Positions 15,280-31,542 of a stretch of DNA of 64,000 bases are shown here, piece after piece; within the stretch, counting starts at the first letter, position 1; each line of letters starts with the position of its first letter. Made by a program: the position numbers and the translations under genes. The DNA comes from Cystobasidiomycetes sp. EMM_F5. Taxonomy: Eukaryota. The notes beneath the pieces are model-generated. The model had not been told where the DNA came from and did not search any database. It saw nothing but the letters and a program-made list of their open reading frames with translations. The stretch spans positions 124,001 to 188,000 of the forward strand of contig JBPGPT010000014.1 of assembly GCA_051047955.1 (NCBI GenBank), read 5' to 3'.

Positions 15280-17077
15280 ATGGCAGATCAGAGGAAGCGA
15301 AAGTGGGACGAAGAGGGCGACAGCAGTAATGGGAGGCTCGGAGAATCGACAAAGTCTGCAAAGGTCGATGGCTACGATGACTTGCAGTCGCCCAGCGGCC
15401 AGGCGAATGGAAACGGGTCCGCTCCCGTAGAGTCTGCCGTAGCAGCCGCAGCCAGAATTGCAGCTCAGGTAGGCTCACATGCACAGGAGATTACTTGTTA
15501 TACGCTAAAAGCCACGGTGTTCTCTTCTTCAGTATGCAAAAGGCGGCGGAAGCGGGTCTCCGGCTTCGAGAGATGTTCCCGACGGTCCAGACGCTGCATT
15601 CTTTCGAGATATCGACATCAACGATTCACGAAACCGATATGTGCTCACAAAAGGTGCTACACAAGAAGGAGTAAGCCAATAACCTGAATTATGACGCATT
15701 AGAGTGAACCGCTTATTGTCCTCTAATGCGCAGGTCAAAAACGAAACTGGAGCCACAGTCATTACCAAGGGCACATGGCTTCCAGACAGAACCAAAGCGA
15801 ATGACAAAGAGCCCGCACTCTACTTGCACATTACCGCGCCAACTCAGGCAATCCTCGACGCAGGTGTTGAGGCTGTTGAGAAGCTGCTTGCCCAGGAACT
15901 CGGGCCTTTGGTTGTAGATTACCGGGCGAAGCGACAGGAAGAACAGCAGCCACGGGAGCGAAGAAAGTGGCCAGAGGAGAAGATTCCCGTGAATCTCGAT
16001 TCGCTACGCAACTTCAACGTTCGTGCGAAGATTATCGGGCCCCAAGGTCTGTTTGTGAAGCACATTCAGCAAGAGACATCTGCGCGAGTCCAAATCAAAG
16101 GACAAGGATCTGGATTCATCGAAAATGATACTGGTAGAGAATCTGATGAGCCCATGCACGTTCACATCTCCGGGATGGAGCAAATTATGGTCGATCAGGC
16201 CAAGGAACTCGCAGAGGATCTCCTCGTCGTTGTCAGGGAGGAGTGGGGCAAAGCGAAAGCTGTCATGGATCAGTACAGTGGAGGTAATCCATATGCTCAA
16301 TATCAGCAGCCCCCTCCCCCGCCATCGTACGATGCTCCCGCTCCGCCCTCCGCCGGTGGATACGCTGCTCCGCCTCCGCCTGTTAGTACTAAAGTCAGCA
16401 TGCGTTTCGCTATCATTGACCTGATCTACATTGTATTATAGCCCGACAGCCATGGCGCGCCTCCGCCGCCACCAGGTGGGGCTCAGGCTCCTCCACCTCC
16501 AGCAGGCGGTTCCGACGTTGTGTCACAAGCTCAGGCACTTGCACCGCAGATCGACCGCAGTTTGTTGGAGTTTTACGCTGGTCGTAAGTCTATTCACTTA
16601 CAACCCAGTTTCCATTCCTCTACTCTTTCTCATTCAAAACTGAGCATTGACACTGACTTTCTTTCTCTAATGTGCTCATTGACTGCTTACGGTCTTACGC
16701 AAACAGACTCGCAAGATCCTGCTACGATTGTTTACTATGCTCAATTGGCATTGCAGTACCAGCAACAAGGCTACTATGGACAGCAGGGCGCACAAGGCGC
16801 ACCGGGTAGCGGGGCGGCGCCACCCCAACCGCCTGCACAATCTCCCACTCAGGCTCAGATGGCGTCCATGAACGCGTATGGCACTCCCACGCAGCCAGCG
16901 TACGGCGCAGGTGGTCAACAACCCGCATACGGAGGTGGAAACTACCCTCAGCAGGCCCAGCAACCCCCGCCACCACCACAACAGCAACACAGCTACGGTT
17001 ACAGCCAGCAGCAATCACCCCAAACCAGACAAGGCAAAGGCTCCTACGCCAACATGCCGCCTCCACCTGGCTTGTAG
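15280..17077 (+). CDS. KH-domain RNA-binding protein, KHDC4/BLOM7-like
   Basis: RKRKWD; IDINDSRNRYVLTKGATQ; FNVRAKIIGPQGLFVKHIQQETSARVQIKGQGSGF..GRESDEPMH; Pro/Gln/Tyr-rich tail ending YANMPPPPGL*. Confidence 0.88.
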
Positions 17078-18082
17078 GAAAGGAGGACGATGCAACGAAT
17101 CTGATCAAACTGAAACTCTGACAAAATGTGATACGCCACTGATGCGAGAAGAGCAGATGATCTAGTGAAGCTTTCGTCAACATCTGGTGCAAGCTGAGAT
17201 TTCGGAGTCTTTTTGGACGTTACGCGTACCTGGGGAGATAGTAGGCACATATAGGGCGACGGAACAGCGACATCACCCCGTGAGGATCGTCTGAAAGGGG
17301 CTTGCGGAATCGAAAAAAACATGCGACACGGACAAGGCACTGGACCCATACCTTCTTACCTCCTTTTGTTAGCAGCTATCGAAGGTGCCAGCTTACGTGC
17401 TCACGGCTTCGGGAGCTGATGCGTCCTGACCTGGCATTCGTTGTACTACACTGATTTTTGACGCGCATGTACTTCTGATTGTGTTTGATCCTCTTTGCTT
17501 CGCACATCACGATGTGTAATCTGTTCAAGTCTGTCGACAATCGCTGTAACGTGGTAAGGCCCGGCGACGGCGCAACGCCTGCGCTCGTCCGAACGCACAT
17601 ATGCCCGCAACCGTTAGTAATGTCACATCTGGCTGTGAGCAGCGCGACGCGATTGCACACGATGAAAAGCACTTCACGACTCGATCCGCCATTTGAATGC
17701 AGCGCGACGAAGCGACAAGTGACGGCAACCCGGCAAGACAGCAGACGCAGTTTTGTGTAGCGGTTGAGGCCGTTTTATGGCATTTATTCCTATTTTTAAA
17801 TCTATTTTTTGCTTTTATGTCAGAAAACGTTCTACAAGGGCAAGCCAGCACTGCTTGGAGATAACGAGCGCTGCTTCGACTGCGTCTCGTACCACACTAA
17901 GACATGTGGACGAGGCGCCTTTTGGCTGTTTTGATGCAGCGAGGGGCGGCGAAAGCTACTGCTAGAGGATATGTCTGCAAACTGAAGAAAGAAAGATACT
18001 GCGCTGCTGCAAGTGTTGAAATGCATGGGATCGCAGGATAAGGAAGCCTAGGTAGGAACAGCTGTCGAGCACTTCGACATGC

Positions 18083-20283
<2,201 letters not shown>

Positions 20284-20703
20284 GATGGTGTACTTTGAGA
20301 ACGTAGCTTGTTGTCTTGATTGTCAAGTTTTTGTGTAGGAAGAGAGTGAACAAGTTCGGGATCGAGACTGCCGCGTGCATTCTCAGTCGCAAAGCAAATC
20401 GCAAACGCGACCTGTAATCAATCCATCTTCCTGCTCAATGGAATGCAAGACTCAGACCATTGCAAACATGGCTGCTCTCCAGCGAGTCGCAATGCAATCT
20501 GGATGTATCAGGCCATCTTTGTCACGCGTCGTCTCTGAACGGAGTCAGTACATCACTTTTCGTGTACACAAAGAGCTCAAAATAGATGAGCAGTAACCTA
20601 TGTAGCAGTATCTTCCAACGAATACTGGCCGTACATTATTTGCTCTACATTCAGTGAAAAAGCTCGTTAACGTGTTGCTTAAGCTTCCACTTCCGATAAG
20701 ACC

Positions 20704-21119
20704 TTGCATGCAGACATCTATCCTGCGCCTCCAGTTCCTCTTTGGATGAGCACACTTACAACCGGCCGGAAAGCCAGCAGGGCTCGACTTGCCGACCTCG
20801 AGCTGCCCATCGATCTGTCGAGACCAGATTGCAAGCTGCTGGCAATGCAGCAATTCACTTGCGACTATGTTCCAAATACAAGCATCACTTGCAAGCCTCT
20901 ATGGCGGGTATTTGCAGTGTAGGGTGTTGTATTATATACAAGTATGGCATCGAGGCTGATCTATCCTTTGGCGTCGCCATCTTTATCAGATGCGGAGGAC
21001 GCTCGTTCGAAGTGACGCCGTTCGCAACGATAAACGAACAGACTGGAGAAGCCTCTTTATCGCCAAATGTGGCCTCCAATTCAGGCAAAAGCTGGAATGC
21101 AATCCGCCATGGATTCTAA
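20704..21119 (+). CDS. SOM1: Mitochondrial inner-membrane peptidase subunit Som1-like (first exon uncertain, possibly ATG 20586)
   Basis: APPVP...PIDLSRPDCKLLAMQQFTC..ITCKPLWRVFAV|CGGRSFEVT matches my recollection of the Som1 cysteine pattern. Confidence 0.55.
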
Positions 21120-21501
21120 TAAACCGCTGGCAATTACCCCAGACCAGCTCCAAAACAGCGCAAACCGGTATCCAAGGAACTACTCTTGTCGACTGCCACC
21201 CGGTATCATGCTATGCCCTGCGTGGATGGCAGGATCTCTCCTGTACCGCATGGACGCGTCCCCGTATCCGATTTTGAGAGGGTAGCGCATGAGGATCCTG
21301 CATACCATCCATCCGGATTCACGGCCAGAAGCGCCAGCAGTGCTTAGACCTCGGTCTTGGATTATTAGACCATGTGACGCCAATCTGCACGGGGATGCAT
21401 CTGCATCCACGCACACGCTTCAGTACAAGAAGACTTGGGAGTTTGCGATCTGCACTGTTGGAGACGAAACAGAAGTGGGAGGAGAAGCAAGGGTTCGCCG
21501 T

Positions 21502-21945
21502 TTAGGACTTTGCATCTTCGGGCGTTGCATCATCCAGCTTGCGGAGCTGTTCAAGGGCGTCCTTCCATCTTTTGCGCCTGTTGTCATCTGTATCCTCCCA
21601 CCATGTAGGCTTTCCACGTTCTCCCAAGCCCAATTTAGCCAGTCCTGTCCTCTTGCTGGCCAATTTAACATCATTGTCTGATTCCTGTTTTCCTTTGCCC
21701 TTTGCGACGCGGGTGCCCGACCTGCCCAACGCGTGAAAGTGAAGCAGTTCCTTCCGGACGTCTTCTGGTATCATTGGATCCGTTGCACGCCATTTCCGCC
21801 CTTTGATTATGAAGAAATGACCGTCCGGAGTACGCTCGTAGCCCTTTTCGTTTGTATTGCTTGTGCTTGTTTTGTCCTTCGACGACGAAACGGAACTCGA
21901 AATGCGTCTGTTGGAGGCCTTGCTGCCGGAGCGTGTGACTGCCAT
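21502..21945 (-). CDS. Intronless 147-aa conserved hypothetical protein of bacterial-type family
   Basis: ERTPDGHFFIIKGRKWRATDPMIPE...AKLGLGERGKPTWWE; uninterrupted ORF from ATG 21945. Confidence 0.75.
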   Translation of the reverse strand: MAVTRSGSKASNRRISSSVSSSKDKTSTSNTNEKGYERTPDGHFFIIKGRKWRATDPMIPEDVRKELLHFHALGRSGTRVAKGKGKQESDNDVKLASKRTGLAKLGLGERGKPTWWEDTDDNRRKRWKDALEQLRKLDDATPEDAKS

Positions 21946-22115
21946 TGATGCCCTTAAGAGCAAGCGAGTGTGCATGAAGCAGAAGCTGCAATGGCAAGCC
22001 TGGCAGGCTAGCGTGTTTGATCGACTGAATGATGCGTTGTTCTCTGTCAGACTTACACTTGGCTTGAGTACAGACCCGACACATTCATGCTGCAACATAG
22101 ACTGACCTCTACATC

Positions 22116-24615
22116 ATGGACGCCCGTAGAAGTGGGCTTGTCTATCCTGCATGCTCACAACTCATATTGAATGCAGAATGACACACAGAGGCCGATATCG
22201 AGGCAAAGAAACAAAAGCTAGCAGACCTCAAGAAGGCCCGACTGGAACGACAGGCGACACTGACGAGTAACTCTACTGAACGTAGCGGAAGAAGTGCACG
22301 TCCATCCAACATATCTCATTTACGCGTGAAGTGCATGCTAAGTGCATCTCAATACAGACACCTGGAGGATCTGTTACCGACCGTGAAAGAGGCGTGTCTT
22401 CACGCGCTCAGCTCGATGAACTTGTTTCGAGCTTGTTGGGAGGATCCGGCACCATATCACCTCGCGATAATTCAAAGTCAACAAGCGCTCGGATACCTCT
22501 GGACCGAAGTACAAGTGGCCGGACTAGCAGACTGAGCGAGACTACCACAAGCGATAGGGACAGAGATAGAGATGCTGCACCTGATGCGTCAGTGACCGGT
22601 ACACCCGGGCATATCTCAGCCTCAGGTCCAGCTGGCAGTGTGGCTAGCGATGCCGTGCCATCGTAAGATAACGGCACATTATGCAGACTCAGTCAAACTA
22701 ATTCAAGATCATCAGGTTGGAAACATCCCCAGGCCCAAATGCCGCTATTGCTCAGTCTATTTCAACTTCGAATACACCAGTTGTGCCACTTCATACGCAA
22801 CCTCCTACCGCATTTCCACCCAAACCCCAAGTAGTGACATACGACAAAGCTATACAGACACTTTCTTTACATGACAATGGCGCTGGCAATGGCAGCGATG
22901 ACGAAGATGACGATGCAGACTTGTTGCAAGCAAAGACTGCAGTCGCGACCGAAGCAGAGATTCGTGCTCGAATCTTGAAAGAGCTGGAAGTGCAACGTGA
23001 CATTGATCGTCTAGAAGCAGAAGAACTAAAGAAACAAGCAGAAAGGAAACAGAATGAAAGCCTGCCTCGCTCGGATGTGGATACCATCTTTTCGTCGCCG
23101 GAATTTCAGAGCTTCCTGAACAGTTCTAGCAAGATTCTAGAGAGAGCACTCAATGATGATTACGATTACGTACAGGACTATACTATTGGAGATGGCGATG
23201 CCACCGCGTATGTTGAGCCATTTTTGCTGTCATGATAGGCGTCCGTGCAGATATTGACTTTGTATATTCAACAGGACCGACAAAGGCACAAATGTTCAGC
23301 CTGTATGCGCTTTTTACGACCCGAAATGGTGCCGCAATCGATCTGTCACTGCTGTAGACTGGTCTCCGCGATTTCCCGAGCTGAGCGTGGCAGCATATAA
23401 CAAGAATCCAGAATCCGGTACCGATCCAGACGGTATTGTTGCCGTCTGGAATTTGCATCTGGTCGAAAGGCCAGAATTCGTGTTTCATGCCCAAGTAAGC
23501 ATCGTAAAGACAGGTCTATGTGGTTGCTGACAGCTGGACGGCGATCCCAGTCCGATGTGCTATCTGTTGCCTTCTCGCCATTTCATCCTAATCTGGTTAT
23601 CGGTGGTACATATGCTGGTCAAATCCTGATCTGGGATACGCGGGCGAAAGCATTGCCTGTCATCAAGTCGCCACTGAGTGCGGCAGGCCATACTCATCCT
23701 GTATATTCGCTTTCTCTTGTCGGGACGCAAAACGCGCACAACCTCATCTCTGCTTCGACTGATGGCACAATCTGCTCTTGGACGCTAGATATGCTGGCTC
23801 GACCGCAAGAAACGCTGGAATTACTACATCCTCAGCATGCCAAGACTGATGAAGTCAGTATAACTAGTATGGCATTCCAAGGTAACGAAACGACGACTCT
23901 ACTGGTCGGTACTGAAGAAGGCAATATCTACGCTGCGAATCGTTATGATCGAGCAGGAGCGAAAGCAGGTCTGGTGCAGGGCGACTCTTACAGAGCGCAT
24001 TCTGGCCCGGTGCTCGGACTTGATCATCACCCTCTAGCGGGCCCAATTGATTTCTCGGATCTCTTCCTGTCGTGTGGTGTTGACTGGACGGTGCGTTTAT
24101 GGCGTTCGAAAGCTGCAGCTAGTCATACTACGGTCTCGGCAGCTCCGGCACGTGCAGCACCTCCAACTGCTGTGCATGGCGGCATTAGCCCTATACATAC
24201 TTTTGAAGAGGCTAGTGACTTTGTGATGAATGCCAGATGGCATCCTATCCATCCCGCTCTCTTCGGAACCGTCGATGCTTCCGGCAAGTTTAACATATGG
24301 AATATCAATATGGATACAGAGGTGAGCATGTCCTGCATGCAGAGGTAGCGAGTCTTCTGGTGCCAGCGTTTATTGACGCGGAACTTGACAAAGGTACCCT
24401 ACGCCAGCACGCAGGTCAGCTCCCAAGGACAGCGGAGAGGTCTAAATAAGCTTGCATGGGACAAGCGAGATGGCAAACATGCAGCTGTCGGATCAAGCGA
24501 TGGCAAGTTATACATCTATGATATCGGCAATCTGGCAACACCACGAGAGCACGAGTGGGATCTGATGAGACGGACTTTGAATGGTTTCGGGTCAGCGGAA
24601 ATGGTTGGGAGGTAG
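22116..24615 (+). CDS. Cytoplasmic dynein intermediate chain (WD40)
   Basis: MDARR|KADIEAKKQKLADLKKAR coiled coil; YDKAIQT LC8 site; SSSKILERAL; WD repeats SDVLSVAFSPFHPNL, GHTHPVYS, DLFLSCGVDWTVRLW. Confidence 0.92.
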
Positions 24616-24700
24616 TCAGACTGTGAGGGATTGATGTGCCGCATTCGGTCAATCAGTATGCACGCAGTGCGGTAGTCCTGCATAGTCAGTTTCTTGTTGA

Positions 24701-24731
24701 AAAAATAGTTGCAAAAATAGTTGCAAAAATA
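24701..24731. repeat. Short tandem repeat (AAAAATAGTTGC x about 2.5) between convergent 3' ends
   Basis: Seen directly between the dynein IC and ALT1 stop codons. Confidence 0.7.
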
Positions 24732-24739
24732 ATAGGCTA

Positions 24740-26786
<2,047 letters not shown>

Positions 26787-26918
26787 TCATTTCTATGTTT
26801 GTCATGTCAAGGATCAAAGCCTTCTGCAGCTTTTGCAGATGAATGCAAATAGCCCGAGCGATAATGATGACAGACTAATACATCAACAAATACACTGGGC
26901 TTCAGTGTGCTAATTATG

Positions 26919-27281
26919 CTAAAGAAGTTGGTTGAATAGCATGCTTGCGCAGAAGGGGGAATTGCCGAGCCATATGCGACATCTCGTATTGTAAAAGCCT
27001 AATAGGGATATGGATCGATAGTCTCGGGAAAATTGCACTTCACCCACGGTACGCCTTGAAATTGCATAGGACAGTGCTCCTCTGAGCAGGAAGCATCGCA
27101 TTTGAAGGTTGAACCCGTACTCTTCAGCATCTGCGGAGATGTTGTACATTAGCAAGTGATCGTTCACTATCTCTAATCGCTTTACGCATTTACCACACAA
27201 GGTCCAGTCAGCCGCTCCTGTAGACATCGTTAAATGTGCCGCGACAGTCATTGAGACTACGGCGTACCTTGTTTGCTGCAT
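26919..27281 (-). CDS. Possible small secreted Cys-containing orphan protein (120 aa, intronless)
   Basis: Signal-like MQQTRYAVVSMTVAAHLTMSTGA then ADWTLCGKC; 5 Cys; no family recognised; start lies only about 57 nt past the upstream gene's stop. Confidence 0.35.
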   Translation of the reverse strand: MQQTRYAVVSMTVAAHLTMSTGAADWTLCGKCVKRLEIVNDHLLMYNISADAEEYGFNLQMRCFLLRGALSYAISRRTVGEVQFSRDYRSISLLGFYNTRCRIWLGNSPFCASMLFNQLL

Positions 27282-27337
27282 CAACGCACGATATCGTTCC
27301 AATCTCTAAAATAAATGAACGCAGCATCAGTACATCG

Positions 27338-27831
27338 TCAACCCTCGAGACTTGACAAGGTCATTTTTAACGCCTTGATCTGTGACTGACTCGAATTGTC
27401 TGCTTGCTGTTGCCATTCGTAATTTGCGTAAGTGCCATCGACAGCAAAGGCGCAGTTCGTCAACCCAGCAGCCGCATACACATCCAGAGATGCAGAGTCC
27501 CCAGAGGCTTTCAGAGATTTGAGGAGAATCTGTGTCGGGTTCATGCACATAGACGGCAAACTGGTTGAACGGCGACGCTGTGAGCGTAGCTCTCGTCGCG
27601 AGGGCAGACGACCATCTCACTCTGGGTACTGAGTACTGTAAGCTACTGCGTTATCCCCTCCTAGGCCATTGTCATACAAAATGACTTGCTTGTCGGGCTG
27701 GAAGGCATGTGGGGTATGACAAGCCATTAAAGATCACGCCAAATGGGTGTACTATGGAAGCTCACCGATGCCGATCTTGCTTCAGTTTGATGCAACAGCA
27801 ACAGCACTAATGCAGCTACAACTTGGAACAT
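27338..27831 (-). CDS. Small secreted orphan protein (121 aa, 3 exons)
   Basis: Exons 27831-27766, 27697-27621 and 27560-27338 joined by GT-AG introns in consistent phase; MFQVVAALVLLLLHQTEA signal peptide; 2 Cys. Confidence 0.75.
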
Positions 27832-28104
27832 TGTGAGATTGGTCAGGGGCTTTCAGCTGCCAAGTGATTCGATGCGGGGTTATGTCAGTGAGAGACGGGG
27901 GAAGGCTTGTGACGACACGAGCTGGAGCAGATTGGAGAACACGATTGTATGCGTAGTGCCCTAGCATCGGTGTTGACCCGCCGGTATCAGCGCGCTTCAA
28001 TGGAGTCAGTCCGAATGGGATGCGCACGTGAAAAACCACTCGTCCAGCTAAATGTCTCACGAAGCTTCGATGCGAAAGCATACGCACTGCAACGCGGTAG
28101 ATGA

Positions 28105-29755
28105 TTACTGCTCTAATGCTAACTGAGATGCTTGTTGTAAGTCCGCTTGCAAATCCCGTACATCCTCGATGCCAACGGACAGTCTGATGAGCTCGTCATC
28201 GATTCCGAGTCTGCTTCGTGCGTCTTCAGAGAGAGCTGCATGCGTCATCAGAGAAGGTAGTCTGTCGTTTATCGTCAGTCGTTGCATCGCGCTTTGCATC
28301 CCATAGCAATTTTTACGTACTCTGCCAGCGATTCTACACCTCCCAAACTTTCAGCCAAGGTGAACACCCGGAGTGAGGACAGGAAGTTGCTAGACACCTT
28401 CGCAGCTGGATGTTGCTGTTGGGCCAAATCCGTTTTCAGCCGGAAACTGATCATTCCCCCGTAAGGGAATCCAGAATCTTCAGTGTACCCAAGGTCTAGC
28501 AGCTTCTCTTTCGCAACGGAGCTCAGCTGACGCCATGCCAGCTGTCGTACGTTACGTCGATTGTGGCCTTCTAAACCTGGATAAATGACGTCTCGGACAA
28601 AAGGCTGTTGCTCAAGCCATCTAGCAATGGTCAAAGCTGAAGTTCCATGCTGTAACATTCGCAATGCTAGTGTCTTTGCGCCTCGTTGGGCCAGCCAAGA
28701 ATCGAAGCTAGATGGGACTGCCCCACCAGCATTTTGATAAAATCGTAGTTTCGATAGAATCGTAGGATTTGGTGTAACTAGAACACCCATAATTACGCTG
28801 AGACATAACAGTCTTAGCATTGATCAATCGAGCATAGTGTGGATTACTTACTCGCTATGACCGTTGATATACTTCGTTACCGAGTGAACAACAATGTCCG
28901 CTCCAAGTTCGAGAGGTCTTTGATAGTATGGCGATAAGAAGGTATTGTCGACAACAACCACGGCGTTGCGACGATGGGCTATTTCGCATATGAGGCCAAT
29001 GTCAATGAGGGACAGAGTAGGGTTTGTTGGCGTTTCTATCCAGACTAGCTGCGTTTCCGGCCGGAATGCCCCGTCCACTTGCTGCTCAATGTACCGTCTA
29101 TGCGCTGCCATGTCTTTGACATCGTTGCCGGTGCTAATGTCAAGGAATGTTGTCTGAATACCTGCATTTACAGCAACTTTGGTGAAGTATCGATACGTTC
29201 CGCCATAAACGTCTCCGACGGAGATGATGTGACCATTCGCTTTCACCAGAGTATTCGTGATAGCAGCTGTGACTGCACTACCACTAGAGAAGGCCAGTGC
29301 AGAGGGCAAGTCTGCGGGATGAGTTCCCTTTTCGCTCGAGAATTGCTGATTAACGGTTGTGGATTCAGGAAGTTCGAGGGAGGCTATGAGCGTTTCAAAA
29401 GCGTGGCGATTGGGATTATCAGATCTCGAGTATTCATATCCCTGGCGCATGCGACCAAACAATCTCAGCTTTGTCTGCAGTGCAGTGACTGATGGCGCTA
29501 TCTACGCCACAAGCCGCTCACCTTGTGTACTCCTACAGCAGATTGCTTGTAGGTTGTGGAAAGGGTGATGGGATTAATTACAGCGCCTGTTTCTTGACTG
29601 GCCTCACTTCCTTCGTGTACCAAGCGCGTTGCAAAGTGATGGAATGGACTTGTATGCGAAGTGGCTGCAGCGGTAGTAGTCGAGCTTGATGCAACTTGAA
29701 GCCGCGGTGACCCTCCGCCATTGCTCTGCCCTGATGCCGGATCGTACATATGCAT
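28105..29755 (-). CDS. CYS3: Cystathionine gamma-lyase
   Basis: GAVINPITLSTTYKQ; YEYSRSDNPNR; WIETPTNP; VVDNTFLSPY; SVTKYINGHS (PLP lysine); FTLAESLGGVESL; LIRLSVGIED. Confidence 0.95.
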
Positions 29756-30134
29756 GTTGAGCGAGTAGTGGTTGTTGTCCAAGCCATGCTACGCGAACTC
29801 GCCAGTCCTTATAAAGTGGACGGCAACTTGCGGCATCTTTCGCTTACTCTGCTTACGTCAGCGCTACCCCCTTACAATTAAGCAAACCCAAAAGCGACAG
29901 CTTTCGACAACATCAACGTTTAGATTCCGCAGATACCATGGCAAGACTGAGACTGGGGTAGTGTGCCCCCTTTCTCCAAGCAAAGATGGACACCGCCAAA
30001 ACCGTCGGACTGACACCGCGAACGCGATGATCGCATTTGTCACCTTGCCGTATGGGCAGAGGCCTTGTCCTTCTGACTGATCTCGGTTGGCTTCGAAAGT
30101 TTGCCCTCTGCCAGTGCATGCCGAGCTACCCCCT

Positions 30135-31085
30135 ATGGCTTACGTTTTCCCTTTCGGAAATGGTGAACACAGTGTGATACTTTCGCAGGTTGATACCATT
30201 CCAGATCTCGTTACTGTATACAAGTCCATGTATCGGGACGCGAGCAACAACAGTCTAGCCATTAAAGTCTCCTACCCATCCAGCTCGAATAATCCCCGCG
30301 TATTTCGCGCGACGGTCGACTCCGCTGGAAGTTCCTGGCAAATAGCACATACCGCTCAGGCTGCAGCTTTGAAGGGAGTCATTGCACTGAAAGACGCCTC
30401 TGTGTCTCCTGTCGAGTTTCGAATGCTCAACGCTCACGAATTGCCAGCCCTCATTCAATGGCGCCACGTCAGATCTCATCCGATGGCAGACCTAAGTGAC
30501 AGGAATCGTCATGTCGTTCGCATTCAACATCCTCACATGCACATGGCCACAAGGGTGCACGTACAGAACGCATCGAATACGTCGTTTTTTCCCACGCCTG
30601 CCGCTGGTAGTCTCGCTGTACTTGCACGCAAAACTTCTACACAAGAGTATGCGTATGTATCTTCGACTCCACCTCGCCGCATCCAAGTTCCGGCGAACGA
30701 TTTCTCCCGCTTTGTTCCACTGCTGGCAAGTCATTATACACGTCGAGTACCACAACCCCTAGAGGACGGTGTGACGCTGCCGATACCTTTGGAAGGTGGT
30801 TATACATTTCAACCCAGTCTGTACGATTGGACGACCAATAGGCTATACTACAAACGCGATTTAGCACCGGGCCCACAGTGGCAACATGGATACTGCGTTG
30901 TTCTGCGAAGACATCTACGTACCTTGGGACAGCCGCGTTATTACGTATACCCAGCGCCTGCTTCCCTCCCTCGTACGATCTCGCCGCCTCCAGTAACGAG
31001 TGAGACGCCAGGTCAAAACGTAAAAGCTCGCAAGCGTCCTAAAATCATATCTCCGCGCGCCTCTCATCATGTTTTTGTGTACTAA
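30135..31085 (+). CDS. Intronless orphan protein (about 316 aa)
   Basis: About 1-kb stop-free frame in an otherwise empty interval; basic KARKRPK near the C-terminus; no family recognised. Confidence 0.55.
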   Translation: MAYVFPFGNGEHSVILSQVDTIPDLVTVYKSMYRDASNNSLAIKVSYPSSSNNPRVFRATVDSAGSSWQIAHTAQAAALKGVIALKDASVSPVEFRMLNAHELPALIQWRHVRSHPMADLSDRNRHVVRIQHPHMHMATRVHVQNASNTSFFPTPAAGSLAVLARKTSTQEYAYVSSTPPRRIQVPANDFSRFVPLLASHYTRRVPQPLEDGVTLPIPLEGGYTFQPSLYDWTTNRLYYKRDLAPGPQWQHGYCVVLRRHLRTLGQPRYYVYPAPASLPRTISPPPVTSETPGQNVKARKRPKIISPRASHHVFVY

Positions 31086-31542
31086 GGTCAGGCCCCGTTC
31101 GCTTCAAAAGCAAAAGCGATCCTGCATATCGGGACAGCGAAAGCGACCTGACATTGAAAGTCGAGTCGCTTCCGCCTGTAAATCACGCCAGGCCACGCCT
31201 CTGTTAAAATTCGTATCACTGCGCACATACAACACAACGTGATGATCCAGAAACTCAATAGCGTGCATACCCTGCGGCACAGCGTACAAGAATGATTGTT
31301 CTTTGTCGGAATACATTTACAAATTCTGGATCCGGGATCTGTCGTGCTGGGTCTGCACCATGTAGAATAGTAGAGACAGTAGATATGATAGAGAAAGTGT
31401 CCAGTAATGTGATCAGTCAGGTAGTCGTATTCAGGCGGCAATTCATTAGGTGTCCGAGCTCCGCTTTGCCGACCACTATGTTTGACTGACGTCAACTGTG
31501 CTATGACACGAGACTTATGCTGGTCTTGAACTTGTCCCGCGT

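Noticed and set aside
17350..17470. snRNA/snoRNA-like hints in the KH-SAH1 spacer (CTTACCT, Sm-like ATTTTTG, TACTACA-CTGA)
   Set aside because: No U1 loop I/II consensus, no U2 or U5 context, no C box; the short motifs are expected by chance
31088..31495. 135-aa Cys-rich minus-strand ORF upstream of PMS1
   Set aside because: No ATG near its 5' end, no recognisable domain, squeezed into a promoter/terminator interval
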